A DNA stretch of 60,573 bases, counting the filler, from Basidioascus undulatus (lineage: Eukaryota): the NCBI GenBank assembly GCA_000826855.1. It is 5 parts of 5 records of this genome, joined end to end, with 100 filler letters (N's around TTAATTAATTAA, not from the genome) between each part and the next. Parts side by side here need not be neighbours in the genome. Positions count along the whole stretch, not along the records: positions 46,195 to 53,334 come from JTLS01001602.1; positions 53,435 to 60,573 come from JTLS01001603.1; 3 more parts are not named here. One strand, written 5' to 3'. Made by a program: the position numbers and the translations under genes. The notes under the pieces are model-generated. The model worked only from the letters and a program-made list of their open reading frames with translations, had not been told where the DNA came from and made no database searches. The stretch's first letter is position 1. Each line of letters opens with the position of its first letter. This document shows, piece by piece, positions 47,982 through 60,573 of this stretch.

Positions 47982-48750
47982 CTACGCCTTCACATCCACG
48001 CCCTTCGCCTTCACCCACTCGCTATACTCCTCCAATCCACCGCGACCTTCTGGCTCCGATACGTCTCCAACTTCACGCTCTCCCTAATCTCATTCGTAAC
48101 ATGCTCGTCCCACCCGGCCTTGCGAATCGCAGAATCGACGGCCTCGCGCTTGTTCCACGCCTGCGCGGACATCACCTCTGGGAGGTACGTCGCGCTGAGG
48201 GTCCGCCCGGGCCGCGTCGGGTGCGGGAACGCAATGTGAATCCCGTGCGTGCCTAGGGTCCAGTCGTCCCAGGTGTGGTTGGGGGAGAAGTCGACGAGGA
48301 GGGAGACGGCACATTGGAGGTGCGGAAGGAGGGAGCGCTGGATGGGCGGGAAGCGGTGGTCTTTCAAGGCGCTGTGAAAGAGTTCCAGTGGGTGTTAGAA
48401 GGTGGATACTGGGAGAAGGGAAGGAGATGACTCACGCAATCAACGCGTACTCCCTCAAGCCCTCATGCAGCGGTACCTTGCTGAACGTCCCGATGCACCC
48501 GCGGAGGTACGCCTCCCCGCCCCGGAGCACGTTCCACGTAACGAATATCGAGCTTCCCTCAGCACCCACCTTCCTTCTCATCAGTCCCATCGCAGTTGCA
48601 AGAGTGTGGAAGATGGAAGACGCACTACTCGTCGTTGGGGAACTCTGGCGGGACAGGCTCACGCTTGTCAAAGTACGCGACGAGGCAGTCGAACGTGTAC
48701 AGCGCGTGCTCGGGGCGAGCGATCTTGTTTTCGAAGGAGGATTGGGACAT
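47982..48750 (-). CDS. AMMECR1-domain protein
   Basis: IFVTWN..LRGCIGTF..LHEGLREYALI|ALKDHRFPPI..CAVSLL..WTLGTHGIHI..SATYLPEV..AVDSAIRKAGW. As assembled it stops at 48011; a +1 G would restore DWEEYSEW...* at 47982. Confidence 0.9.
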
Positions 48751-51700
48751 TCTGGATCGTCTAGAGGGGGGGTGCCTGCATGGATTGGAGGGAAGATGTG
48801 GTGACTGAGATGGGAGGAGGGAGCGGAGGAGTCAGGATGACCACGTGTTCGGGGCTGGCGCAAGGGGCGTAAGCAGTTCCCGCGCAGCTGCATGTTCCGT
48901 AGTTTCACGTTTGCGTCCCATAGGCTTTGAGCAAACCACTCACCGATAGAGTGGAAGGTTTTGCAAAGGAAATCTACACCGACGTGGGAAGGTAATTCGA
49001 GGAGAGTCGGGGCGCGGTGCCAGGCCGGTGGGTTGGAGCACCCTTACAGCTACGAGTCACTTGTGCTCACGGGTAGTGCTCTGAGCATTGGACACATTCC
49101 ACCTATGCAGTAACCCCTTATAACTGTTTATATTAGACGCGTAGCAGCGAATGTCATGGTAGCTCGCGTAAAACGATGGTACAGGTACAGCAGGGTGAAG
49201 CGGAAGGCAAGCAGTCGTGAGAGGGCATTAGCGATGGTAGAACGACATGGTGGGGACTGCCGGGTGAAGCGAAGCCTTAAAATGAATAATGAAGGGGAAA
49301 TTTGGCCGAGCGTGAGAGTCGAATGGGCGGAAAGCGACTGAGAGTTGGATGGAGGAGCATGGGGGGCGGGGGGTTAACGTCGCGTGTCTGCGACATGGAT
49401 AGGATGGATCAGTCTAATCCTGTAGGGCTAAAGGACGCACCTGTGCAGCTCATTATATCCTGCTGCGCGACAACCGCCCGAACAAATCACCACCGCCTGC
49501 TGCTCGCCACCGTCGCCGTCGGCACCGCCGGTCCAGGTCGTACAAGGATGATGTCTTCGGGCTTCTACCTCCTCTCCGTCTCATTTAGCCCTACCCCTCC
49601 TCCTTACCATATCACACTCACTTACCCTCGTGATGACCTTCCCCGCCTCAGACAGTCTGTCGCCCGCCCTAGACATCAGGGGAGACTGGTGCAGGGAAGG
49701 CAAGAGAGGGACGGTGGAGGAAGAAAGAAGAGAGGAGAGGGTGAAGAGGAGAAACGCACATCTTGACTTTCCAGTGCACCGTGCGGGGGACGTAGATCAG
49801 CTCGATCACCTTCCCTAGTGTCTTTCACCGTCCAGGGGGCGGGGTGTCAGTTGAGGAAAGCTTTGAGGGTGGACATGAGAAGTGGTACCTGGTAAGCCCC
49901 TATGGGTAATAAGGTGTTATAGTTTCGGGTGATAGAGACTGTGTGGGTGAATGGGTCGACCGACCTGCGCTGTACGCGACCTGGACGGCAAGGCGGGTGA
50001 GCAGATCAATCGTAGGCGAAGTAGCGCTCGGGGGAGAGGCGGCGTACCTGGTCGCCTGTTTGACCCAACATCATAAGTTTGTTTGAGTTGATGGGCAGAG
50101 TATAAATCTGTGGGGGAAGCCTACCGATGTTGATGCTGCTCGACCAAGAGCGAAACAGTATGTCAGTGCCTTCGTTTGGAACAGGTACACGCTGCGTCCC
50201 CGTTTCGGTCGCCCTCTCCTGGCACCCATTTTCCCGACCATACCTCATGGGAGGACGTCTATAAAAGTCCTTGGAATCCCCAGCTCGTCTCGATCCAGTC
50301 GCCATCCCCAGCAGCACCACACAACTCCACAGACAGCAACTCACAACCCCCCACGCTTCGCCCGGCCTACACCCGACTGCGCATGCACGGCGGTCGCCAT
50401 TGGTACGTTCTTCTTGCTCTTAAATATTACCCGACTTGTTAGGTGAAAAGTGTGTGCGGTCGTGGTCGAAGCTGAGGTAGGATGGCGAGGGCCAAACGCT
50501 CAGGCAGCGCCTACTCACTGGCAGGCCTGCGTCTGAACGGAACGCATCGACGAGGGAAGACACGACACGTTGCCAGACCAAGTCTCCTCCTCCTGCTTCT
50601 CTAGTCTAATCCTCCTCTCACGCGTCACACAAAATAACTCTTGAATGCGCCCCCGTGTCCTTGCGCTTGCGATGTTTGTCTTCCGCTTAGGCGCGGCTTC
50701 CATTGGATCCGAAAGCGACATGGGGTCACGGTTGGGGAAGAAGTTGCGCAATTTTTCCGGGAGTCGTATGGTGCGCAACGGTATGGACCAGGGGAGGGAA
50801 GAGGAGGGTTGAGCGTGATGATCGACAGAATGTTCGGTGACGGGCGGCCGGCGTGGGAGACGTTTTCTGTGGAAGAGTGGGAGGTGTCTGACTTCAGGAG
50901 AGTTGAATAAGGCATCTGTGGAATTGCGTAGTTCCAGGTATCGTAAGTCGAGAAATTTGATTAAAACAGGTATACTAGTGCTCCTGCTGGATTATGCAAA
51001 TGCGAGATGAAAGCGCAGTGGGTGTATCATGAACGTTGCTCTCGTCGAAGACATCTTGAACTTGTTCGAATGTGCTTAGACGTAAGATTTAAAGAAGTCG
51101 ATATCGGTATGATAATTCCTTGTGGATGAAAGCAAGCGGCGGTGTCAATTCAGGGCAGCGGGCGATCCATCAAGCGTTTCTCTGACCCGACAAAGTATGA
51201 GGGTGGGGTGGTACAGCGATAGCTTTGCATAATAAAGGAAAATTAACAGTATACTACAAGATGGCTCGAGAACAAAAGTAGGCGAACTAGGAAAGCTTTC
51301 AAAGTGTCCCCGGAGCCACGCAGCGGACGAGCGGCGGCTTGCTCATCATGACCCAGATGGACTGTAGGTCTCGGTGGGTCCGCGTGGTCAATTAACATAG
51401 AGACTTCAGTTGGATGGAACCCAAACAAACACAACGAGCTCATTAATCCATTGGCTTTCGACAGGTTTTCGGGGCGCCTGCTTCCCATTCCCTGAGCTTC
51501 AGTATTGTACCTTCCCGAAGAAAACTGTCGCACCTAGTAACAAGCGGTCCTGAATGGGTCTCAATGTAATTCCCCTCCTTCTTTTCAATCGTCAGCGCCC
51601 CTCCTCCCGGGGGAGCCCCTGCTCACACTTTGATCTTGAAAGTGCTAGTGCGCTGGGCAGTACAGGATGTCCTGTGCACGTCCTCCTCCGCATGTTTCAG

Positions 51701-53334
51701 AAATTATTATCCGGCACATCTGTACTCTTCCTAGCAGCGTGGCACCCCCGGAATGATAGAAGACGTAGTCCCCGCTGGTCCAGCCACAGCAACGCATAAG
51801 ACAAGCCACGGCCATGAAACGCTGGGAGGTACATCATGATCGGATTTGCTTTCAAGTCACTTAGTTCCTGAGGCCGAAACCAAGGTTGCTCAAGGAAGAA
51901 CCATTTCTACCTGTTTGACATCGGCAGTTGAAGTGGTTATGCCTTGAGGACATTGCTGCTGATAATTGAGGACAGTGTGGCAAAATGGGCCTAATTGGGC
52001 AAGTACAAAGATTATAGGTGTTTGGGTGAGGACCACCAGGTGGCAAATTCGGAAGACCGGTGGAGTGTAGATAAGCGGTGCAAGTGGACGTCAGCCCGAA
52101 CGAAGATGCATTCTCGGCATCGCGCCTGGATCGGCAACTATTCCGGCGAGAAGCTTCTCTCCGATGTTCCCGTCTCCATAGCCTTTTGTGTTAAACGTTC
52201 TTGAAATCCTCACCACGGGTTCACAGAGTTTCACAGAGCCTTGACGTTCCATTTCACCGTCTGAAAGTGGTTCGCAGCTCGGCCCATCCTCGTATATGTT
52301 GTCTCTGCACTCTGAGTCTGGATTCATCTACCGAGCTCAATTCTGGGCTTCTGGAATTCACAACAATCTTTTCACAGTGCTTTTGCTTGAACTCACTCAG
52401 GTATGGATTTCGGCGCAGCCTGGCGGAACGTTGCGTTCGTCAATTGAGACTAGCGCGAGTAGAAACTCTTCTTGAACAGAACCTACTTACCGACTTTGAG
52501 ATTGAGGAACCATGACAGTTTGAAACACTTACTTGTTGCAGGCGGCCGAACGGAAGGAAGAGAGTCAATGATGATCATCGTCGGATGCGCTGCGAAGCAT
52601 TGCCGCCGGCATGCCTCATCTTTCATCTTGCCTCCGCCTGTTCTTCTTCCCGACTCCGCTATCATGAATCCATGGATACCTGAATTGGAGGAGTATTTTT
52701 GGTACATCCTGAACTTCAGAGCAGGGGTATGCTATCATGGATGAGAGGGAGCTTGTCACGGCGTCTCTATGTTCCTCTCTTCGCTCGGAGTCGTGCGCTA
52801 CTCCCAGGTCCTGCCACTCACCTCGAAATAGGTCTTGAACCTGCATATAAAAGTCTACAAAAATACAACCCGCTCCTGTACGCGTTGCATGAAACCTCCT
52901 GAAACGCAAGAAACCCGCTGCCACCGCCGGCCCCACCTTCTCGCGCGGCGCGACCGACGCGTGCAAGTTGTCTCAAAACGCTATTTTCCACCGTTTCCAT
53001 TGATGAATCGTGGGCTTCTCCGCGCAATGGGCGTCGGAGTAACTGACACTCCTCATAATTCGGGACATCGATCTGCGCTTGGCGGGCAACAAACGCGACG
53101 ACGGTTCCTGACACGAGGCCCTCGCGCTTGTTGCGGGAGCTTGCATGTTGAGGCTTGCGTGCAGAGACCGGGACAGCAGCTTCGCGTCCCAGTTCCTTCG
53201 TGCCTTCTGTGTGAAGGGTCTGGCGCATCAACCATGCCCCACGCATGGATGCATTCGGTTTTCGCTTTCTCAGCTCACCCAGCGTCCTCATGTTTAGCTC
53301 AGTCCAAACTGATCCGAAGGACTTTTCGATCGGT

Positions 53335-53434
53335 NNNNNNNNNNNNNNNNNNNNNNNNNNNNNNNNNNNNNNNNNNNNTTAATTAATTAANNNNNNNNNN
53401 NNNNNNNNNNNNNNNNNNNNNNNNNNNNNNNNNN
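53335..53434. other. Artificial contig linker
   Basis: 44 N + TTAATTAATTAA + 44 N. Confidence 0.99.
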
Positions 53435-54917
53435 CTGACAGTACGCGAACGAGTTCCAGCCCTGCGGAATGGCCTGGAAGACGCGCGAGCCCTTCTTGGC
53501 GAGGTTGATGTCGAAGAACCAGCAGCCTTTTTGACCCCCGCACCCGCACCTCATCCACGTCAGCTCAAAGCGACCTTCGCAAACGAGTGAAAGTGAAGCG
53601 GGGGAGGGGGGCGCACCGCCGAGGTGCCGAACCGGACTCGACACGCCGTGGCTCTCCCCACTGATGATCTTGACCGTCACGCCGCCGTCCTTGCCCTCAG
53701 GATAGGCGCGGGGGAGCTTTTCACCCACCTCTTAATCAGCCCACACTTCTTCCCCCCCGTCTCCTCCTTCTCCTGAGAACGCACCTCCTCGTCCTTGAAC
53801 TCCTGATAGCTGGGCGGGACTGCCCGATCCCTCCGCGTGAGCTTTGAGGGAGAAGAGGGGAGGAGGGAGAAAGAAAGACATACCCATCTTGTGCTCCGCC
53901 GGAAGGTCAACCTTTGCGACGGGGGTTAGTGGGGCTCGGAGGGGGGAAGGGGGAGGGGAAGGACACACCCAGAGCTGCAGGCCGCTCGGGTCGGGGCCGC
54001 CGGCTTCGTGGAGGGGCATTCTGGGAAAAAAAGGTGGTTAGGGGGGTGAGAAGGAAGGGAAGGGAAGGGAAGGGAAGGGAAGGGGATGAGGTACTCGGCA
54101 TGCATGATCCCGCGGCCTGCACGAAGTATTCGTTAACACTGACAGTCTAGGGGGATGGGACCGTATGGACTCACCTGCAAGCATCCACTGGACGTCACCC
54201 TAGTGTATTGCGCTTGGTGAGCCAGCTGTGCATGAGGAGATAAGAAAGACTAGGACACGCACAGGCCCAATAGTGCCAGCGTGCCCCGCGAAGTCCTCTG
54301 CATCGTTACGCAATGGATCAGTCCTATGTGCGCAACCTGTTGCACGGTAGCTGCGCTAGCGTACCGTGCTGGAACCTGTACAAAAAGTAAAGTCAGCTCA
54401 AGCCTTTTGGGGTGAGAGAAAGCAGTCCAAGGCACGCACTTTCCCTCAAGCATGTACGTGACGGTGCCCTGCCCGCGGTGCGGGTGGTCCGGGAACCCGG
54501 CGCCTTCAGTCCCACACAAAGTCAGTACAGCTTTTCTTTACTTCATTTCAACCTCATCTCAGGAAACTGACCCCTTGGAACCTGCAGCGCTCGAGGTGTC
54601 AGCGAACGCGGCATAGCTGAGAGCGATAGTCCGGACCGGGGCTTACGCGGAAGTGGTCGAGCATCAAGAAGGGGTGGAAGTCTGTTTCGATTCCTTAGCA
54701 ATATAGTAGGTTTGAGGAGCGAGGAAGGAGCAAGAAGACGCACTGCGAAGCTGCGGCGTGCCGATCGAGCGGCGCACGCGCGCTCCGGCGCCTTCGCCTT
54801 GCTCCTGCACTCCCATCACATCATTATCTCTGGGGAGATTCGAAGAGTTGATGGATAAGTGAGCCGTACGACAGCGGTGATAGCACGAGAGACAGTGCGC
54901 GAGATTTGGGACGCCAT
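53435..54917 (-). CDS. Pirin (bicupin, Fe-binding), 3'-truncated, many introns
   Basis: EQGEGAGARVRRSIGT, PFLMLDHF, GFPDHPHRGQ.TVTYMLEG, EDFAGH.G.IGPGDVQWM.AGRGIMHAEMP, GLQLWVDLP and VKIISGESHGV.SPVR. Confidence 0.92.
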
Positions 54918-55303
54918 CGTGTTCGTCTTGTTCGAGAGTGGGTTCGAAGTTTGGGGAGAAGAACGGTTAGAGGAGGAGGTAGTACGTGAGCGTGACGATG
55001 AGGGCGAGGAGGAGCGCCGGCGTCTTATAGCCCATCCACAGATCGATGCTGAGATGTGTGCTGAGCGTGGACAACCCAGCGGCGGTCAGCGTTCCGGTCC
55101 GTGTAAGGTCCTGGACTGGGCGTTGTTCAGCAGCGCGATGAGGGGCGGGCGGACCAATTCCGCTGATGCGACAAGGCCAATTACCGGATTTCCCACGCAT
55201 TTCCTGATTGACGCGCGGAGGTAGGTCGCCAACTTGCCCTTTGTGGACCTGCTCCCAGCCCTCTTCTCTCGTAGAATCAAAGTACATCCGTATTTCAGCA
55301 GAC

Positions 55304-56098
55304 ATGTCCACCTACGACCCGACGACCAACACGCTGCACCCGCGCACGGACGCGACGGTGACGATCCGCGTCATCAAGAACTTCGAGTACCGCACGACGC
55401 GCAACTTGCTCCTCAAGCACCTCAATCTTGAGGAGATGACTGTGGGCCAGCTGATCGAGCGGTGTAAAGAGGGTGAGCGGGCGCGTAATTGGGGAGGCGG
55501 GGGAAGCGTACGGTGTTGATTGAGGCGGGCGCGCGGAAGAGGTCAAGAAGACGCCGGCGTTCAAGGCGTATAGGACGACCGAGTTCGGTGCGTTGTATGT
55601 GTCTTTCTCGCTTGCCATCAGATCAGCTGATTGGTATGAGCGATACAGATACCCTCAAGCTGTACACCCAAGCACACGGTGCGAAGGTGAGTCCACCATC
55701 GCTTGGTGGTTTGGCGTAGTGCTGAGGGAGGAGTGGGGGTCACCACAGACGACGAACCTCATCATCAACCTCGACCACCCGGACTGGATCTTGGAAGACC
55801 ACGACCAGATTCTGGCCGATGTGCGGATAGGGGAGCAGCGGATCGGTGTGTGCTGGTCTCCCTACTCGATGTCAGCGTCCACTGCGAAGGGTGGCGGGCG
55901 GGCGGCGGCTGCGTTCCACTGGCCCAGACGCGACTGCCCTGCTACTCACATGGCTGTTCAGGATTACATTTTATGCTGTGGTGCCGACGCTGATGCATGC
56001 TTCTCTTCCGCCACACAGAGAACGAGACCGAGCTCTCCCTCTTCGACCGCGAGGCCTACGAGAAGTTCCTTCTCAACCCGGAGACACGTTGGGACTGA
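55304..56098 (+). CDS. UPF0538/C2orf76 (Aim29-like) ubiquitin-fold protein
   Basis: TVTIRVIKNFEYRT.RNL, DTLKLYTQAHGAKTTNLIINLD and ENETELSLF.REAYEKF..NPE.RW. Confidence 0.88.
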
Positions 56099-56634
56099 CC
56101 GACACTCTCTCTTTTTCACATATCCTGTTCATTACTTGTATCCGTCTCTTTGGGTTGATGTTGCGTTCATGGACATTTTGGGCTTGCACGCCTTTCGAAG
56201 CCGCACTTGACAATTCTTCCCTACCTTCATTGGTCTTGACATGTAATACCGCCCTTGCATCGCATAGCGCACTACCCACGCAATCTTTAATCCCAGAACC
56301 TCTGTGTTAAGTTTTGCGCATAAAAATGATCAAGTGAGCAGGGGTCCAGTCTCGGAAAGTGCTCGATGCGACTAGCCAGGGGCAGCGAAAGCGGTCGAGC
56401 TTCTACCGCCTTCTCTGAGCTGCGCTGCTGTTCTCGGGCTCGGCCTGCCTTCGCCCGTGCGCTCCTGCTCGCTGCCTTCCACACCGGCTGCTTTATTTCG
56501 GCTAGCCTTTTACACCGGACTGCACCGGCCTCCATTCCTCCTCTTCCTCCTCCGACCTACTTTTCCTCCGGCATCGATCGCCCCTCAGCTTGTTTTTTCT
56601 TCGACACCGCACGCCCCATCGCTAGACCGCCGCC

Positions 56635-58528
56635 ATGGTAAAGGAAACGTACGCGATCGGACACTCGCCTGGGCGCGGCATGCGCTCGTGGCATTTGGGG
56701 ACGGGAGGGGAGAGAGATGGGTGCTGACTGTTGAAGATGGGGTGGTGGCGTGCACAGCAAGTTCTACGATCTGCTGGATGTCAAGCCGGATGCCACCGAC
56801 GCTGAGCTGAAGAAGGTACGCCCACCCAACTGATGTCCTTGGATTCCGCTGCCTGTACTCACCTCCCCCTCTACAGGCCTACCGCAAAAAGTCTGCTAGC
56901 CGCACGCTTCTTGATCTCTAGCTGGCATCATCTCTGACCTCGTCGTTATCGCTGTCCAGGGCACTCCGCTTGCATCCCGACAAGGGCGGTGACCCCGAGC
57001 TGTTTAAGGAGGTTACTCATGCGTGCGTGCTTTCCTTCATCTGGTGCGCAGTAGGTAGTGCTGGCTGAACCAGGACTTTTCCGGCAGCTATGAGGTTCTG
57101 TCCGACGACCAGAAGCGGAGTTTGTGCGTCGCTGGAGATGGTCCGGGTGTGCGTCCGGGAAGGGAGTGAGGGAGTGCTGATGGAGCTAGGGGTGGGGTGC
57201 GGTGTGTGCAGGTATGACCAGTTCGGCGAGGAGGGGCTGAGCGACCAGGGCGGCATGGGGGGAATGGACCCGGGTGACCTCTTCTCGCAGCTGTTCGGCG
57301 GCGGCTTCGGCGGGGGCGGGCGCGCGCCCCGCGGCCCGCGCAAGGGCAAGGATCTCGTGCACCGCATTGCCGTGTCCCTCGAGGACCTCTACAAGGGCAA
57401 GGTCACCAAGCTTGCGCTCCAGAAGCACGTCATTTGCCCCGGCTGCACCGGGCGCGGCGGCAAGGAGGGCAGCGTCAAGAAGTGCTCCGCTTGCGACGGC
57501 CGCGGAATCAAGATCGTCCTCCGCCAGCTTGGGCCGATGATGCAGCAGATCCAGCAGTCTTGCGAGGTCTGTGAGGGGACGGTGCGTTCTTCTTACGCCC
57601 CGCTGCTTCGTTTTGCTGGATTGGGAGGTGGACTTGAGGAGGAGAATGGAAAGCAAAGGGAGGGCGTTGGCTCAACGGGGCGCGTGGGCGGGGCGACGGA
57701 CAGGGCGAGATAATCCCCCCGAAGGACCGGTGCAAGCAGTGCAACGGCAAGAAGGTCATCTCGGAGCGCAAGGTGCTCGAGGTGCACATCGACAAGGGCA
57801 TGAAGAACGGGCAGCACATCACGTTCAAGGGCGAGTCGGACCAGGCGCCGGGGATCGAGCCCGGCGACGTCGTCATCGTCATCGAGGAGAAGCCGCACCC
57901 CGTGTTCAAGCGCAAGGGCAACGACCTTTTTGCCGAGAAGGAGATCGACCTCCTCTCTGCCCTCGGCGGCGGCTCGTTCACCATCCCCCACCTCGACGAC
58001 CGGGTACTCGAAGTCAAGTGGAACCCTGGCGAGGTGATCAAGCCTGGTGCGTTCGGTCTTTGCCCTCTTCCCAAGTCCCTTTCAACTTAAAATCCCGCGC
58101 TTTTCACTGACTACGATCTCCCCCGTCTGTCCGTGTTCGCAGGCTCGATGAAGCTCATCCCCAGCCAAGGCATGCCCTCGTACCGGTTCCACGAGCCGGG
58201 CGACCTTTTCGTGCGCATCAACGTCAAGTTCCCCGACTCGCTCGACCCCGCCGTCGTCCCGCACCTCGAGGCCGCGCTTTCGCCCCGGGACGTGCCCGTG
58301 CTCGACGGCGCGATGCACACGGAGGAGGTCGAGCTCCACGACCTCTCGGACCGCCAGCAGCACGAGCAGCACATGCGCGAGGAGATGGACGAGGACGAGG
58401 ACGACGAGCGCGGGGGCGGGCCGGGCGTCCAGGTGCGTTTCTGTTTGCCCCTCGCGCTGGATATCGCCCTACCGTGCTGACTTGTGGGGTGCTTGGGCGT
58501 TGGGGATTTGCAGTGCGCGCAACAGTAG
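56635..58528 (+). CDS. YDJ1: Class A Hsp40 co-chaperone (Ydj1/Mas5)
   Basis: MVKET..HPDKGGD J-domain, G/F region, four CxxCxGxG repeats and C-terminal CAAX box CAQQ*. Confidence 0.96.
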
Positions 58529-59006
58529 TTTTCTTTCGGGCTTCTTTTTTTCTTTTGCTTTTCCTTCTTTCTGTGCATTGCATTACATAGAACCTTGCCC
58601 ACTTAATGCTCCCCCGGCCCCGCGGTCAGTCTGCCCCCTGCCAGATCCATAGTGTCTTTCAGCGGCGCTGTGCAGGGATGCTTGGGTCTCGAAGCTCACC
58701 TCGCAAGAGAAACACCACCAAGGGAACACATTTGGTGCACTCTGGGTCTCCGACTACGGGAAAGTACGAGCTGCGCACACCCGGCCCTTCGGTTTACCTG
58801 GCTCGCAGCCTTACGCGGCCGGCCTGGTGGCACTCTGCAGGCAAGCATACTGTTCATTCTAGTCTTGCTCGAAAAACGCTGCATGATAGGTACTGAATGC
58901 ATAGCTAAGCCTTGCCTGTTGAAGAAATAACTTGTTTCGCCGACGGGACCGATTGTGTTCTTGGAATTCTTAGATTCTTCAGGCACTTGTTCAAAGTCCA
59001 CAACAT

Positions 59007-59099
59007 GACCAGATGGCCGAGTGGTTAAGGCGACAGACTAGAATGTGTTCTAACATCTGTTGGGCTCTGCCCGCGTAGGTTCAAATCCTGCTCTGGTCG
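59007..59099 (+). tRNA. tRNA-Ser(AGA) with 11-nt intron (59044-59054)
   Basis: GACCAGA/TCTGGTC acceptor stem, TGGCCGAGTGG A box, ACAGA-CT-AGA-A-[intron]-A-TCTGT, long variable arm GGGCTCTGCCC, GGTTCAAATCC, G discriminator and downstream TTTTT. Confidence 0.95.
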
Positions 59100-59142
59100 C
59101 ATCTTTTTCTCCCAATCCCCCACTTCGCTGAGACTACTTCGG

Positions 59143-60557
59143 ATGGAAGCCTGTCTTCGGTCAAGTTTTGAGAGGTCTAAACTTGATTTGGCTCAAGAGC
59201 ATGAATTGTTTGTTGCTCAGCAGCTCAACCTCTGCTTCCGAAACGTGAACAGTGAAAGTATCGGCTTGCTGAGTGCTCCTATCTATCCCTCTCCCTCGCT
59301 CCCTCCCATCCCCTCCCAGCGCCAAGCAAGCCGCTCGTCATCCTCGACCTGAACGGGACGCTCCTCTTCCGGAAGAAGAAGGCGCTCGGCGCGCGCGCTG
59401 CGAGTCGGCGGCCTGTGCCGCGCCCGTGGGTGAGGGAGTTTGAGCGGTACTTGTTTGAGGGGCGGAGGTTTGGGGTGATGGGTGCGTCGTCTCTTCTTCT
59501 TGCTCTACCTTGCTTTCTCCATCTCCAACTCCCTCTTCATTCCATCCCCATCACCATCACCATCTCCGTCTTCATTCTCGCACGTACTGATGTACGACCG
59601 CGCAGTATTCTCCTCCGCCCAGCGCACCAACGTCGAAGCGATGATCGAGGGCGTGTTCAGCCCGGGACGGCGGGACGACTGCGTGGCCGTCTGGGCGCGG
59701 GAAGAGCTCGGTTTGAGCGAAGCGAATTTCGGTGCGTCTCCTCTTCCCCTTTCCTCCTCTTCACTCCTTTCTCCCTTCCCCTCCCTCCGTCTTCCTTTCT
59801 CCTTTTCTCACCACCTTCCCCATCCTCTGCCGCGCAGGCCGCAAAGTGCAGTGCGTCTGTGGTTCTTGTTTTCCGAGGCGGCGGTGCGCTGATTGGGCTG
59901 GCTTGGGTGGGGTGGAAAGGACGATCAAAGACCTCTCAAAAGTCTGGGAGCGCGTTCCGGCGCCCTCGATGCCCGCCTGGTCGGCGCTCAACACGATCCT
60001 GATCGACGACTCGCCGCTCAAGGCGCAGTTGCAGCCTTACTCGTTCGTCCCCCTCCTTCTCCCTCTCCCTCCATCCATCCTTCTCTCCCTCCCACCTCCC
60101 ACCCCTACCTTCCTTCGAACCAGGCTCTCCCTCGCCCATCCTGATCCTCCTAGCCTTCACGCTCCTCTCCTACCTCCCCACGCTCCTCTCCTCGCTCCTG
60201 ACCACCCCGCCCCCCCCCTACTCGCTCGACCCCTCCCTGCACTTCTCGCAGCAACTCCACACCGCCCCGCGCTCCGTGCCGTACTACGTCAACCCTTCCG
60301 AGTTCTCCGCGCATCCTTGGTCTTCCGAGGAAGGGGGCGTGCCCCGGAGCTTCGAGGAGAGCGTAGAGCGCGCGCTTGCGGGCAGGTTGGGACGGCAGTG
60401 CGGCGCGTGGAGGGAGAGGCAGAGGCAGAGGGCGGAACATGCTGCGGGCGGGATCTTTGGGCTGGGGAGGGATGAGAAGAGGCTGAGGGAGGTGCTGAAG
60501 GAGACGAATGAGGCGTGTGAGAGGCTGAGGGAGTTGGGGTTCCAGATGGCTTATTAG
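59143..60557 (+). CDS. NIF/FCP1-like HAD-superfamily phosphatase; start codon uncertain
   Basis: KPLVILDLNGTLLFR..PRPWVREFERYL..VYSSAQRTNVEAM..VWAREELGL..KDLSKVW..NTILIDDSPLKA.LQPY. Confidence 0.82.
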
Positions 60558-60573
60558 GAGGGGAGGGGAGGGG

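Noticed and set aside
31605..53434. Four identical TTAATTAATTAA elements about 7.24 kb apart
   Set aside because: Artificial six-frame-stop linkers between size-sorted contigs (7150, 7140, 7140, 7139 bp); not biological periodicity.
54045..54085. (AAGGG)n repeat
   Set aside because: Ordinary polypyrimidine microsatellite in a pirin intron; not telomeric or CRISPR-like.
54967..55035. Hydrophobic uORF (MGYKTPALLLALIVTLTYYLLL) as a pirin signal peptide
   Set aside because: Out of frame with pirin and overlaps a TATAAG element; better explained as pyrimidine-rich promoter or 5' UTR.
55846..56018. Long last intron of the UPF0538 gene as a possible snoRNA host
   Set aside because: No convincing C/D or H/ACA box arrangement seen.
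1..60573. CRISPR arrays, prokaryotic operons or defence systems, and the many antisense ORFs in the track
   Set aside because: The DNA is spliced eukaryotic sequence with no repeat-spacer arrays; antisense ORFs are expected shadows of high-GC coding sequence.

Overview
Intron-rich, GC-rich fungal nuclear DNA, most likely a basidiomycete (GTGCGT/GTGAGT donors, GCTGAC branch points and gene content suggest a Pucciniomycotina-type yeast; this is inference). The window is not one locus. It is five contigs joined by artificial 100-nt linkers (44 N + TTAATTAATTAA + 44 N): 1-31604, 31705-38854, 38955-46094, 46195-53334 and 53435-60573. About 23 spliced genes can be read by hand. Contig 1: PHO89-like 5' end, IMP2, ATE1, an orphan 7TM GPCR-like protein, a Zn2Cys6 factor, a tautomerase, THOC3/TEX1, CSN12/PCID2, AP-1 sigma, ceramide synthase, an EFM6-like methyltransferase and a SUZ protein. 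Contig 2: two secreted Kex2-type proteins, an SPT small subunit and GCP2. Contig 3: ALKBH1, a secreted DUF1524 HNH protein and eIF2B-alpha. Contig 4: a PPR-like protein and AMMECR1. Contig 5: pirin, UPF0538, YDJ1, an intron-containing tRNA-Ser(AGA) and a NIF phosphatase. The most striking oddity is at the end of contig 1: a tRNA-Arg-like 3' half lies directly upstream of its matching 5' half, separated by 1 nt. This is the layout of a circularly permuted tRNA gene, but the contig breaks before it can be told apart from a tandem copy. A sharply CpG-depleted island and a 30-nt poly(T) lie just upstream. Exon boundaries were called by eye and are approximate.
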